Shown one piece after another: positions 43,711 through 52,552 of a DNA stretch of 55,603 nt (position 1 is its first letter; each line of letters opens with the position of its first letter). Location of the stretch: positions 1 through 55,603 of the IMG/VR virus record IMGVR_UViG_3300031772_000046, one strand, 5' to 3'. This stretch comes from a virus (taxonomy: Duplodnaviria > Caudoviricetes). The notes beneath the pieces are model-generated. The model saw only the letters and a program-made list of their open reading frames with translations. It was not told where the DNA came from and did not search any database. A program made the translations under genes and the position numbers.

Positions 43711-44050
43711 CCTCCTCGTCTTGCCGCTTCAGGTGACACTCGTACTCGCGATCAATGTCGGCTTGCGAGGGACCGACATCCTCGATAGCCATGTCCGCCC
43801 GATCCAGCCGGTCATGAAGCATCATGAGGTAGTTGGCGGCGTCAGCGGTTTCGTGTTGGGCGCCCAGATGGTTTCCCGCCTGAAGTTCCACGACCAACTC
43901 CGCCATCTCGAACAGGAGACGGCCTAGCAGGTCGAGGGTGGTGAGGTGGTCCCACCCGCCCTTCCAGTCGTTCCCCCGCAGCCTTGCCTCCATGACCTTG
44001 GCAAACCGCGCCACGGGCGCACGCAGTTGGTCGCTACTCATCCTTGCCAA
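43691..44050 (-). CDS. MazG-like all-alpha NTP pyrophosphohydrolase domain protein
   Basis: KGGW..., E..EL, ETADAANY. Confidence 0.7.
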   Translation of the reverse strand: MARMSSDQLRAPVARFAKVMEARLRGNDWKGGWDHLTTLDLLGRLLFEMAELVVELQAGNHLGAQHETADAANYLMMLHDRLDRADMAIEDVGPSQADIDREYECHLKRQDEEVADDDE

Positions 44051-44336
44051 CCCCCTTATCCGCTAGGCCCTCGTCCCGCGCCTTCGTATCCTCATCGGCG
44101 GCCTCGAAGAGTAGGCGGTTGCGGCCCACGGCCTTACAGAAGTCGGCCGCCGCCATGTCGATTGCCTCATCGATGGTGGCGCCGTAACCAAACCATGAGG
44201 GGCTGACACCGAAGTTGGGCCAATGGGTGAGGTGGATAATATACCGGGCGTCGGGATGTAGCGCCTTCGTTTCTTCAGGTGCGGGTCGGATCACAAGTTG
44301 CCAATGGCCGATCTCCTCAAGGAGGTCATTAAGCAC
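44034..44336 (-). CDS. Hypothetical protein with HicB-like segment
   Basis: WFGYGATIDEAIDMA. Confidence 0.45.
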   Translation of the reverse strand: MLNDLLEEIGHWQLVIRPAPEETKALHPDARYIIHLTHWPNFGVSPSWFGYGATIDEAIDMAAADFCKAVGRNRLLFEAADEDTKARDEGLADKGVGKDE

Positions 44337-44340
44337 GGCC

Positions 44341-44709
44341 CTACACCTCCACGTCCTCGATCCTGTGGAACGTCACCACGCGCTTGCCCAACTTCTTCGC
44401 GTACTCGATGTCGTCAATCATTCCTGGGGTCAGGATGGTGTTGTGGTGCGCTGGGATGCCGGTTAGCAGTTCCAGAACGTACACCTCATCGCAGACCTCC
44501 ATGAACGAACGCGCCATCGCCATGGCCACCTTGCGTTCCACGCGTGACTTGTCGGAGAGAAACCAGGGATAGATCAGGTGCGGGGCGTAGATAGCCACCT
44601 TCTCCCCGACGACCAAATGTGCGTCCAAGACGGCGTGGCAGAAGCGGGCCGCCAAGTCCTGGTTGTCTTTTTCGCCCCCGTAGGGGGAGACGACGAAGAC
44701 GCGCTTCAT
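44341..44709 (-). CDS. DUF4406 / nucleoside deoxyribosyltransferase-like protein
   Basis: VFVVSPYGG, APHL, CDEVYV, TPGM..DIEYA. Confidence 0.8.
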   Translation of the reverse strand: MKRVFVVSPYGGEKDNQDLAARFCHAVLDAHLVVGEKVAIYAPHLIYPWFLSDKSRVERKVAMAMARSFMEVCDEVYVLELLTGIPAHHNTILTPGMIDDIEYAKKLGKRVVTFHRIEDVEV

Positions 44710-44891
44710 TCGCGAACCCCCCTGCACCCATACTTGCTGCGGAGCTTGCGGAGAATGCGGTAGGCGTGCCGGGTCATGTCGCCGCCGGGGGCGTAATGAA
44801 ACCAAGGAATACCCCGGTGGCCGAAGTAGACTGCGGCGCGGATGAACTCGCGCAGCAGTTCGCGTTCCTCAAGGTCGATGGACACCTGCAT
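44706..44891 (-). CDS. Hypothetical protein
   Basis: RBS and coupling. Confidence 0.6.
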   Translation of the reverse strand: MQVSIDLEERELLREFIRAAVYFGHRGIPWFHYAPGGDMTRHAYRILRKLRSKYGCRGVRE

Positions 44892-44914
44892 GTCCCAAAC
44901 CCCCTCTGGTTATC

Positions 44915-45187
44915 CTACTTCAGGCCGTCGAGGCCGCCCGCATCGGCCATCTTCTCGGCCCGCTTCACGTCCTCTGCATAACATGCGGCGATGATGTCGG
45001 TGGCTAGTTCCGGGTTCACGCGGTACAGAAAGTCGGCATACTGACGCAGCGCCTTCCTCGCGTAGGGGTCGCCGTCAAGGTCGTACCGGAGAACGAAGTA
45101 CTTGGCGCCGGGGTCAACGGGGGAACCGTCCACCTTCGTGACCACGTACTTGTCTCTCAGACCACCCTGCTTGTATCCACCGGGCAT
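44915..45187 (-). CDS. Conserved phage hypothetical protein
   Basis: KY.V.K.DG...YFVLR.D..DPYARKAL..YA. Confidence 0.8.
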   Translation of the reverse strand: MPGGYKQGGLRDKYVVTKVDGSPVDPGAKYFVLRYDLDGDPYARKALRQYADFLYRVNPELATDIIAACYAEDVKRAEKMADAGGLDGLK

Positions 45188-45210
45188 GTTCCGCGCCTCC
45201 TCTGGTCATG

Positions 45211-45456
45211 CTACTTCAAGCTGTCCGTGGCGGCAGCCGGGGCCGCCTCCTTCAGTTGTGCGCGCAGTCGGCGGACAAGAAGGTTGTGGGCTGCGATACA
45301 GCCAGCAGCGGTACATGGATCCTCAGCGTCAAGCGCGTCCTCCGCCTCCTGAAGGTTCTGCGCGAGGTGCCCCACTTCAAGGGCGGCTCGGTCTTCGCCT
45401 ACCATGGCCCTCAACGCCTCCACCTCAGCGCGGGTCAGTCGCAACTCAAGTTCCAT
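45211..45456 (-). CDS. Hypothetical protein
   Basis: GGAGG RBS. Confidence 0.65.
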   Translation of the reverse strand: MELELRLTRAEVEALRAMVGEDRAALEVGHLAQNLQEAEDALDAEDPCTAAGCIAAHNLLVRRLRAQLKEAAPAAATDSLK

Positions 45457-45763
45457 GCTTAACGGCCTCCTCCCGTGGGAAGAACGCTGCGCAGAGGGCG
45501 ATTTTCACCCTCACCGCAAGGAAGGCGGTTCCTACTACGACTGGTGGGCACAGGAGCCAGCCCACCCGCCCCCCGGTGGTGATGAGTGTGACAGCCGCCA
45601 ACATGCCTATCACGCTTATGGCCACCTCAACTACCACGACGAGGCCAAGGAGCACGATGGTTCTGAGAACCTTCATGCGGGCCTGTATCCGCCTACGCCG
45701 ACGCGCCGCGAATTGCGCCCGTAGTCCACCGTAGAAGTCAAGCGGGTCCAGCTCACGCCTCAT
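45446..45763 (-). CDS. Membrane protein
   Basis: Two hydrophobic helices. Confidence 0.65.
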   Translation of the reverse strand: MRRELDPLDFYGGLRAQFAARRRRRIQARMKVLRTIVLLGLVVVVEVAISVIGMLAAVTLITTGGRVGWLLCPPVVVGTAFLAVRVKIALCAAFFPREEAVKHGT

Positions 45764-46019
45764 GGTCAGACACCACGCGCCCCGCTGCGTTCATGACCTC
45801 TGTACAACGGTTGTCCAGCTTCATCCATTCCTCGAAGCTGGTGGAATTCAGGCGCATCAACGCAACCGCCAAGCAGGGGTCATGCTTGAAGAGTGCGAAG
45901 GCATTGACCGCTACGTTGATCAACAACAATTCCCGGGGCGTCAGTTGCAACGTTACCTTTGTTTCCGATGCCTGAAACGCCGCGCACAGGTTGCGGTCGG
46001 GGCGAACAACCTCTTCCAC
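45753..46019 (-). CDS. Hypothetical protein
   Basis: ORF packing. Confidence 0.6.
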   Translation of the reverse strand: MEEVVRPDRNLCAAFQASETKVTLQLTPRELLLINVAVNAFALFKHDPCLAVALMRLNSTSFEEWMKLDNRCTEVMNAAGRVVSDHEA

Positions 46020-46298
46020 GTCTCCTCACCTCCAGAACATGCCCCAGACGGCCAGGGCTAGCGTGATCACCACGATACAGCCGAAAACGATGTCGGGGTT
46101 CAAGGTATGGCCGTTGCGCTTCCACGGGCCGTCAAGTTGCAACACAGGTCGTCCCTCCTCATTTGGTGGCAGGGCGTGAGACGATTCCCACGCCCGCCAC
46201 CAGGGGTTTTAGCCCCAGGTCCATTGGTCGAGTACGATGCCTAGCGCGATCATTGCGGCGAAGAGAGCGGATACGATGAAGGTCCAGTTCTTCAGTCC

Positions 46299-46481
46299 TC
46301 ACACCCCCTCGCAGACGATAAGGTCGCCCGCGTTCATCGTCAGGTGCCACTCACCGCATTCCGTGCAGTTGCCCCACCGGAGGGGACATTCTTTTGGTGA
46401 CACCTGCGCGCCCACGATCTCCCCGAGATCATCACGGAAGAACTCGGGGGCGAAGATGTAGCCGGAATGGTAAGGCTGCAT
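46299..46481 (-). CDS. Small zinc-ribbon protein
   Basis: Coupled to the recT stop. Confidence 0.55.
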   Translation of the reverse strand: MQPYHSGYIFAPEFFRDDLGEIVGAQVSPKECPLRWGNCTECGEWHLTMNAGDLIVCEGV

Positions 46482-47344
46482 CAGACCAACTTGCCTGCCT
46501 CTAGAGGTTCCGCCACCGTCGGCCCAAGGTCGCCGCCCAGTACCTCGTAGGGCACGCTGATTGCATCATCGCCAAAGTCAGGCTTCTCGGAACCGACATC
46601 CGCAAGACTGGCCTTGATCGACTCGTCCTGCTGGATGCCGCGCACGATCTCTGCGGAGAGAGGTAGGAACGGCACAAGTGCGCGGATCACGGTTTTCCGG
46701 GCCATGGCGTTGTAGTCTGTGACCCACGGCCCCGAATCCTTGGCCTTGGAACGCTGCCTGCGGTCCTCAATGTCCTCGATGGACATGACTTTGAACGCAT
46801 GGCCGCCGTCCTTGAACATCGCGTAGGCGTAGAAGTGGGTGACGGGGCCTCGCTCTTTGGCGGCGGGCCGATGGGTCAGATCCTCATGTAGGCCGTACTC
46901 CCAGTGGAAGAAGTCTTCCTTATGAGCCTCCTCCGCGTAGATGGACAGAAGTTGGCCGGACCTCTGCGCAAGGCTGATGTAGCCACGGTAGCCGATGATG
47001 AACTGGACATCCTTGCTCCACGTCTCATGACCCTGGGCGTCCTTGCGCCGGCGGTTGAAGGGAACGAGGTAGCAATGGCCCAGAAGGCCCGGCTCAAGAC
47101 CCAACTGGGCGGCCTGCATCACGCCCCCAATGAGGCTCTGCACGTCGCAGTCCAGGAGGACCGGGTTCTCCCTGATCGTGGTCAGGGCAATGCGGATGAG
47201 CCGGTCGGCGGTCAGGTGCCTGGGAAGTGCGCGCCTGAACTCAGGCTCCATCTTCTGGAGCGCCTCCCGAATCGTCTGAATCGGCTTCTGGCCCTTGACC
47301 GGCTGCATGGCCTTGTCGGCCACCCTCTGTTTCAGGTCGTCCAT
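46481..47344 (-). CDS. recT: RecT single-strand annealing protein
   Basis: AQLGLEP..LGHCYLVPF, QFIIGYRG, SGPW..DY..MARKTV. Confidence 0.97.
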   Translation of the reverse strand: MDDLKQRVADKAMQPVKGQKPIQTIREALQKMEPEFRRALPRHLTADRLIRIALTTIRENPVLLDCDVQSLIGGVMQAAQLGLEPGLLGHCYLVPFNRRRKDAQGHETWSKDVQFIIGYRGYISLAQRSGQLLSIYAEEAHKEDFFHWEYGLHEDLTHRPAAKERGPVTHFYAYAMFKDGGHAFKVMSIEDIEDRRQRSKAKDSGPWVTDYNAMARKTVIRALVPFLPLSAEIVRGIQQDESIKASLADVGSEKPDFGDDAISVPYEVLGGDLGPTVAEPLEAGKLV

Positions 47345-48246
47345 TCGTCGTCCCCGCCTTTCGCGGTGATAGTAAACCTGCGGAACGTGATCTCCTTGCC
47401 GTTCCTTTGTTGCGTGACGGCCTTCCACGCGACCCGCCACTCGCCGATGACCCCGACTTCGTTATAGCGCAACATCTGCTTCAGTCTGTTTTCGGCTAAC
47501 CGAACGTCTATCTCCGCCGTCCCTAGGCGTTCCTTGGCCTCCTGGCGGGCAACCACGAGGTCAAGTGCTTTTGGTCCAAGGGGGATGGTGTTGTCGCTGG
47601 GATCGTTGTAGAGGGATGCCAGAAGGTCAGAGCAGGCGTCGGAGCCGTCGGCCAAAGGCGGGGTCTTCGATTCTACCAGTTCCCAGAACCCGGCCTCGCG
47701 CTTGAGGATGTTGGCGATCACCTCGTCGTCGCGCGCGATGGGTTCCCGTGTGAACCAGAACTTGTTGCCGCCGATCAAGGCCGCAACGTAGGCTCTATCG
47801 GCCCCGGTCACGGCCATCTGGTGCTGAATCTGGATCATCACGCGGTCGGGGATCCTGTCGTCCCAGTCGGCCTTCCTGTATTCCGACGTGCTCTTGCACT
47901 CAAGGACGGCCCTGCCATCGTTGCCGTCCAGGACCACGTAATCGAGGTTGGCGAGAACGAATGGGTACTCTGAATGCTGCAATATCGCCCACTTGCGGCG
48001 GATCCTGAAACCCGTCTTGGCGGCGAATTCCTTGGCGATCACGGGTTCAAGTTGCTGGCCCCAGTAGGCCGCCTCTGACTGTTCGTCTTCCGGCAGGAGG
48101 TTGAGCTTGTCCAGGAACAGGTGCATCTCGGAATGAAACGGGTCAACGCCGAATAGGATCGGGGCGTCAGAAGCACCAATACCTTTGCGCCTCCAGGCAA
48201 GCCATTCATCACGGGGCATGTTCTTCGTGGAAACGAGGATCTTCAT
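47332..48246 (-). CDS. YqaJ-family (lambda-type) exonuclease
   Basis: WRRKGIGASD, ANLD, LECKS, QIQHQM. Confidence 0.96.
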   Translation of the reverse strand: MKILVSTKNMPRDEWLAWRRKGIGASDAPILFGVDPFHSEMHLFLDKLNLLPEDEQSEAAYWGQQLEPVIAKEFAAKTGFRIRRKWAILQHSEYPFVLANLDYVVLDGNDGRAVLECKSTSEYRKADWDDRIPDRVMIQIQHQMAVTGADRAYVAALIGGNKFWFTREPIARDDEVIANILKREAGFWELVESKTPPLADGSDACSDLLASLYNDPSDNTIPLGPKALDLVVARQEAKERLGTAEIDVRLAENRLKQMLRYNEVGVIGEWRVAWKAVTQQRNGKEITFRRFTITAKGGDDEWTT

Positions 48247-48460
48247 TGGACGGCCCCCCGTCAGGCGTACCACTTGTGCGAGGCGCGGAATGTCACGACC
48301 CCAGCCCCGTAACCCAGCGAATCCAGGAGGTCGCACATCAAGTCGTCGGCGTCCAGGTGTGCGCATTCGGGGTCGCCGGGGCGACACGTCTCCGACATCT
48401 TCTTGGCAAACTCGTCGGGCGTCATCTTGGCCTTCCTCCCCGATGTCAGATTGGGAACCG

Positions 48461-48664
48461 CTACTCCGCCAAAGGGGCGCTGTGTTCCTGGATCTCCTCG
48501 TCAAGTTGCTGGATGGCCCCGATCAGGAGTGACCGCGCATGGGCCGGGTCGTCGCAGATGATGTTCAGGGTCCCGCCGTTGGGAGTGTAGAACACGACAC
48601 CGGGCGCGTGGGCAAGGCACAGCGAGTCAAGGCGCGTCGTACTGTAGATGTGGAAGGTTGCCAT
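48461..48664 (-). CDS. Hypothetical protein
   Basis: AAGGAGG RBS. Confidence 0.65.
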   Translation of the reverse strand: MATFHIYSTTRLDSLCLAHAPGVVFYTPNGGTLNIICDDPAHARSLLIGAIQQLDEEIQEHSAPLAE

Positions 48665-48724
48665 GAGTCAGACCTCCTTGCTAGCGCATCCTCGCCATGT
48701 CGGCCCCTTGGACACCAACTCTGC

Positions 48725-48988
48725 TGGCGGGCGGGGGCCGGGTTATCCGGCCCAGCGCGGGATAGGCGTGTAGCGACGCCTCGTTTTACGTCCTGCCCGG
48801 TATCCATCCTCCGCTTGCCATCGTGACTCCCCGTAGGGTCCTCATCCATGGGAAGCTACTCGTCAGTACTCCGATGGTTCGCATCACCGAGCTTGTGGCC
48901 TGCCTACCCGTTTAGGGGCTGTGCCCTCAGTACTAAGCAGGTTCTCCCGCGTTCGATTCACACAGGCGTTGTGTCGCCCCGCCCGCCA
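48725..48988 (-). ncRNA. About 265-nt structured RNA with tRNA/tmRNA-like outer frame
   Basis: 12-bp terminal stem TGGCGGGCGGGG/CCCCGCCCGCCA, 5' hairpin, CGCGGGA/TCCCGCG helix enclosing multibranch domains, stacked 3' hairpin GCCGG-ATAAC-CCGGC. Confidence 0.7.
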
Positions 48989-48995
48989 AACTTGT

Positions 48996-49131
48996 CCTCA
49001 CGGGGGCTGGATTTGAACCAACTTTGGCGCCATCGGCCTCCCTGTTCTTGCCGCCGACTATATTGCCAGCGGTTCCAAGACGGTCGCGCCTTGAGGCTTT
49101 CAGCGTGTGCCCACCACGCCGCCCCGTGAGG
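48996..49131 (-). ncRNA. About 135-nt tRNA-like RNA with extended central arm
   Basis: CCTCACGGGG/CCCCGTGAGG stem, D-like arm CGTG-GTGGGCA-CACG, canonical T-arm GTTGG-TTCAAAT-CCAGC, no anticodon arm and no CCA. Confidence 0.8.
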
Positions 49132-49138
49132 CGAAATA

Positions 49139-49378
49139 CTACTGGGCGTTGTCGATCTCGTCGGCGTAGACGCGGTACTTGTCGGCCAAGGCCTTGCGTG
49201 CCTCCTGCTCTGTCTCCGCCGCCGCGTTGTAGGCGGGTACAGACGTTGCCTCCGCCGTCCAGCGCACACCGTCTTCGGTCCAATGCCGCCCGATGATCAC
49301 TCGCACGCCCGATTCCTCCTTCTCGGGGTCAAAGTCAGCGAGATGTGCCAGTCCGAACACGGCGTCATGCTCCATCAT
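49139..49378 (-). CDS. HicB-like domain protein
   Basis: EDGVRWTAEATSVP....AETEQEARKAL. Confidence 0.6.
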   Translation of the reverse strand: MMEHDAVFGLAHLADFDPEKEESGVRVIIGRHWTEDGVRWTAEATSVPAYNAAAETEQEARKALADKYRVYADEIDNAQ

Positions 49379-49380
49379 CC

Positions 49381-49584
49381 CTACGCCGCCTCCTCCACGC
49401 CTCGCAAGCGCGCCGCACGCATGATCAGGGCGTTGTTCGCGGTGTCGTAGAACACGTCCACCTGATCACCGGGTTTCAGACCCAAGGGGCCTCGCGCACG
49501 GACCGGGATGTAAACGCGGCCCAATTTGTCGATCTTGAGCGTGCCCGCCCACAGCAACGTGCGCGAAAAGTCAGTCGGCTTCAC
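49381..49584 (-). CDS. AbrB/MazE/SpoVT-family DNA-binding protein
   Basis: KIDKLGRVYIP...R..LGLKPGD.V. Confidence 0.9.
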   Translation of the reverse strand: MKPTDFSRTLLWAGTLKIDKLGRVYIPVRARGPLGLKPGDQVDVFYDTANNALIMRAARLRGVEEAA

Positions 49585-49604
49585 GTTCCTACCTCCTCGC
49601 GCTC

Positions 49605-49856
49605 TCAGTCTTGGGCAAAGAAGCGTTGCACGGCTTCCACATCTTCTGGGCGACAGTACAAAATGCTGGCGTCCCAGTAGTCCGGCCCATCGTCGAAGTA
49701 CTTGGCAAAGACGACGCCCAGCGCCTCAGCTTTGTGGAAATCGTCGTGCCACATCGGCGCCTCGAAGGTGTACAGGTCCACGTTCCGGCCCTCAATTACC
49801 TCAACTTCATGCTTGGGATTCTCGCGCTCAGCCACGTCTCTACCTCCTCGCTGCAT
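49605..49856 (-). CDS. Hypothetical protein
   Basis: ORF packing. Confidence 0.6.
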   Translation of the reverse strand: MQRGGRDVAERENPKHEVEVIEGRNVDLYTFEAPMWHDDFHKAEALGVVFAKYFDDGPDYWDASILYCRPEDVEAVQRFFAQD

Positions 49857-49953
49857 TCTCGGGCCGCGCCGCCATGGTCACAAGCGCGACCACGTACTCT
49901 CGGCCACGAAGAGACTTGCCAACCACGGCGACCATAGGGGCACCTCCTACCGC

Positions 49954-50364
49954 TTACTTGCCCGTTAGGGCACGCAAAATCGTCTGAAGCGCGTAGTACT
50001 CGGGATTGATGAAGTGGCCCGCCCCCGTGGTGACGCAGGAAACGAGCAGACCGACTATGAGTACCGCGCCGCCCGCAAGAAACACCGTCACGGGAATTAC
50101 CCCCTCATCCTCGCTCCAGTCCGTCCTGCGCAGGTAGCGTAGACCGAACCGTAGGCCCACAGACCAGACGGCGATGAGGAGGAGGGTGGAGGCAAGCAGC
50201 GTGAACGCCTCCACGATCTGCTGCCGCACAAGGATCGCCCACACATGCTGCGCCGTTGGCCCGAGGACGCCACCCACCTTGTCCACGATGGGGCCAAGTC
50301 GCTTGCCGACCTCATCCAGGACCGCGCCAACCTCTGTGGAGATCGGGGTCGCCATCAAGGGCAC
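49954..50364 (-). CDS. Two-TM membrane protein
   Basis: W.ILVRQ...NPEYYAL. Confidence 0.75.
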   Translation of the reverse strand: MPLMATPISTEVGAVLDEVGKRLGPIVDKVGGVLGPTAQHVWAILVRQQIVEAFTLLASTLLLIAVWSVGLRFGLRYLRRTDWSEDEGVIPVTVFLAGGAVLIVGLLVSCVTTGAGHFINPEYYALQTILRALTGK

Positions 50365-50367
50365 CTC

Positions 50368-50571
50368 CTACCAGCCGATTCGTTTCAGCCCTGTCGCGCC
50401 GCAGACGGGACACTTCACCGGGACGTTGTTGGGCTGCATATGGCCGGGGTCTTGCCAGTCCATCTCCGCGCCGCATTTGTCGCATAGGACTCCCGCGCTT
50501 CTTTGGCGGCGGTTGTGTTCCGAAAGGGTCGGCCTCAGATTCGGCATCTTGTACTCACTCTCGGGGTTCAT
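50368..50571 (-). CDS. Zinc-ribbon protein (paralog of 50761..51015)
   Basis: PTL.E.N...AGV.CDKCGAEM. Confidence 0.7.
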   Translation of the reverse strand: MNPESEYKMPNLRPTLSEHNRRQRSAGVLCDKCGAEMDWQDPGHMQPNNVPVKCPVCGATGLKRIGW

Positions 50572-50585
50572 GGGGGCACCTCCCG

Positions 50586-50759
50586 TTACTCGGCGTAGGA
50601 TACGCCCGTCAGCCGGGCTATGGACAGGAACGCGCAGCTCCCGCCTTTCTTGTTTCCGTGCCACAGGGCGCACTTGTCGCCAAGGCAGAACACGTCGCCC
50701 CCACCCGCCCAGGCAGCAGCATCCCGTATCGGGCATATCAGCCGCTTGTCCTCCGCCAT
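50586..50759 (-). CDS. Small Cys-rich protein
   Basis: ICPIR...C.G.KCALW...C. Confidence 0.65.
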   Translation of the reverse strand: MAEDKRLICPIRDAAAWAGGGDVFCLGDKCALWHGNKKGGSCAFLSIARLTGVSYAE

Positions 50760-50760
50760 G

Positions 50761-51015
50761 TCAGTCACCCCTTCCAAGATCAACGCGCCAGGGGGCCAAC
50801 CCCACCCCGCCATTTGGGCGCTTCGTGCCGCGATAGTCGCACTCGGGACAGGCAACCGGTATCACGTCGGGTTGGTCGGGGTAGCCGCCCGTCGGACTAT
50901 CGGGCAAGGCGAAAACCATCTCCGCGCCGCACTTGTCGCAGGCAACCCCGGCGGGTCGCTGGTGGGGCTTGTTGAACTCCTTCAGGGTGGGTATCCGCAG
51001 CCTCTGACCGTCCAT
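50761..51015 (-). CDS. Zinc-ribbon protein
   Basis: AGVACDKCGAEM...CPEC. Confidence 0.7.
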   Translation of the reverse strand: MDGQRLRIPTLKEFNKPHQRPAGVACDKCGAEMVFALPDSPTGGYPDQPDVIPVACPECDYRGTKRPNGGVGLAPWRVDLGRGD

Positions 51016-51130
51016 TTTCACGCACGCCCCCTCGCCGTCAGTCTTGACACCAGATACACCGGCACCCCCACGGTCAGGACGATCAACGGTAGCGCCAGCG
51101 CAAGGAACAGGAGGTGGGGCCAGAGGATCG

Positions 51131-51880
51131 TCATGGGCTTTCCTCGCCCAGCACACGGAACACCGCCTCATCGGCCAGCCCCAGTTCTCGAAGGATCAGC
51201 GCCTCAGCGTCGCGCTCGGTGTAAAAAGGGTGGATAAACGAATGGCGAAGGTCAATCAGGGCTGTGCGCAGGACTTCCCAGGGCAAGACCGGGACGAGGA
51301 GGGAAATCGCGCGGTGGCTCATCCAGGCGGCGGCATAGTCAGCGAATCTACCGTGTCTTCGGGCGCTAGCCAAATGGCCCTCGTACCGTGCGGATTCCGC
51401 GCGCGCAAGGTCGGTAATCGCGTTCGAATTCATGCCATCGATGACCTTGCTGGTGTCGGAGAGCGCCAGCATCGTCTCAAGTCGCCCCCTGCCCGCCATG
51501 GCGCGAACGCTCAGACCGGCGTCGTAGGCGGCTGCGCACACAAAGCGCCGGAGCGCCGTCATCTGCGCGAGGTCGGCGAAGGCGACGCAACGGCGATATT
51601 CGCTGCACAGGACTCCCCGGTCTTCGTCCTCGACCACTTGACCCCAGCAGTCCCCGATCTCAAGGATCGGGCCACAACCAGAGAACATCAGCGCCATGCC
51701 CAACCTGCGGGCGCTGAGGGGTTCTCGCGCAAATAGTCCGAAGGGCGGGTCCAGGTGTTCCACGGCCCCGATCTTGACCGGATTGGATGTGCTGTTGGCC
51801 TCACATCCCTCCACCTCGCGGAAGTGCCAGCACCGGATGGCTGAGGACTCGGAGACGGTGAACTCCTTACTCACGCGCAC
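51131..51880 (-). CDS. Hypothetical protein
   Basis: 249-aa ORF with RBS. Confidence 0.7.
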   Translation of the reverse strand: MRVSKEFTVSESSAIRCWHFREVEGCEANSTSNPVKIGAVEHLDPPFGLFAREPLSARRLGMALMFSGCGPILEIGDCWGQVVEDEDRGVLCSEYRRCVAFADLAQMTALRRFVCAAAYDAGLSVRAMAGRGRLETMLALSDTSKVIDGMNSNAITDLARAESARYEGHLASARRHGRFADYAAAWMSHRAISLLVPVLPWEVLRTALIDLRHSFIHPFYTERDAEALILRELGLADEAVFRVLGEESP

Positions 51881-52037
51881 TCACACCACCCCCCTCTTCG
51901 GAACGATCAGCCAGTAGGCTGTCAGCGCCACGAGGGCGACGGCGCACAGGACCGCCCCCGCGCGCAGCAGGACTATCGCCAGAACCGGGGTGAAGCTCAG
52001 GGGCATGTCCGGTCACCTCGCGTATATAAGGTAGGGG

Positions 52038-52265
52038 TCAGGCTGCGTCGCGGCGCTGGTACTGGACGATCAAGCCCTGCGCCAGATAGCCCGGTCTGAC
52101 TGAAAGGGCAGCCGCCACCTTGGCGGTGTTCCGAAGATTCGGCAAGCCGGAGGCTTCGACCATGACCTTGACCGTGGATCTCGATACCCCCGCCGCCCTG
52201 GCAAGTCCCTTGATGGTGGCCTTTTTGCGCCGCAGTAGTTCCGCGAACCAAGTCCGGCGTTCCAT
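52038..52265 (-). CDS. Cro-like HTH regulator
   Basis: TIKGLARAAGVSRSTV...P.L....KVAAAL; first gene of the leftward operon. Confidence 0.85.
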   Translation of the reverse strand: MERRTWFAELLRRKKATIKGLARAAGVSRSTVKVMVEASGLPNLRNTAKVAAALSVRPGYLAQGLIVQYQRRDAA

Positions 52266-52301
52266 GGGGTGCCTCCCTTTCCAGATTGCTGATCTGTCTT
52301 G

Positions 52302-52330
52302 AACGTAACACATATGAACGGAAAAGTCAA
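52302..52330 (-). promoter_or_regulatory. Leftward early promoter
   Basis: TTGACT-17nt-TACGTT with extended TG. Confidence 0.65.
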
Positions 52331-52489
52331 TACCCCCGAGCAAGCTTTTCAGGCAGGAGGACGAATGGGTCATGCGCAGACGGAAAGATCAACCCGCAGT
52401 TTGCGCCACAACGCACGACGGGTAGCAACAGACCCTTGCCGCGCGCGGTTTTTGGCACATTACGTCGAAGACTTTTCGGCCCCCGTATC

Positions 52490-52518
52490 TTGCTGCGCCG
52501 TCATGAGTATGCTACAAT
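52490..52518 (+). promoter_or_regulatory. Repressor promoter
   Basis: TTGCTG-17nt-TACAAT with extended TG. Confidence 0.6.
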
Positions 52519-52552
52519 GAAGACACCGGATAACTGCGGAGGTGTGAAAGGC

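Noticed and set aside
48855-48870. CTGACGAG on the minus strand as a second hammerhead core
   Set aside because: No correctly placed GAAA and stem III; the bases are used in another helix.
48725-48988. tmRNA or RNase P RNA
   Set aside because: No G3:U70, TTC T-loop or tag frame ending in Ala-Ala, and no GAGGAAAGUCC-type P4 motif.
49054-49066. ATATAGTC resembling the group I intron S element
   Set aside because: The element is too short and lacks the P, Q and R counterparts.
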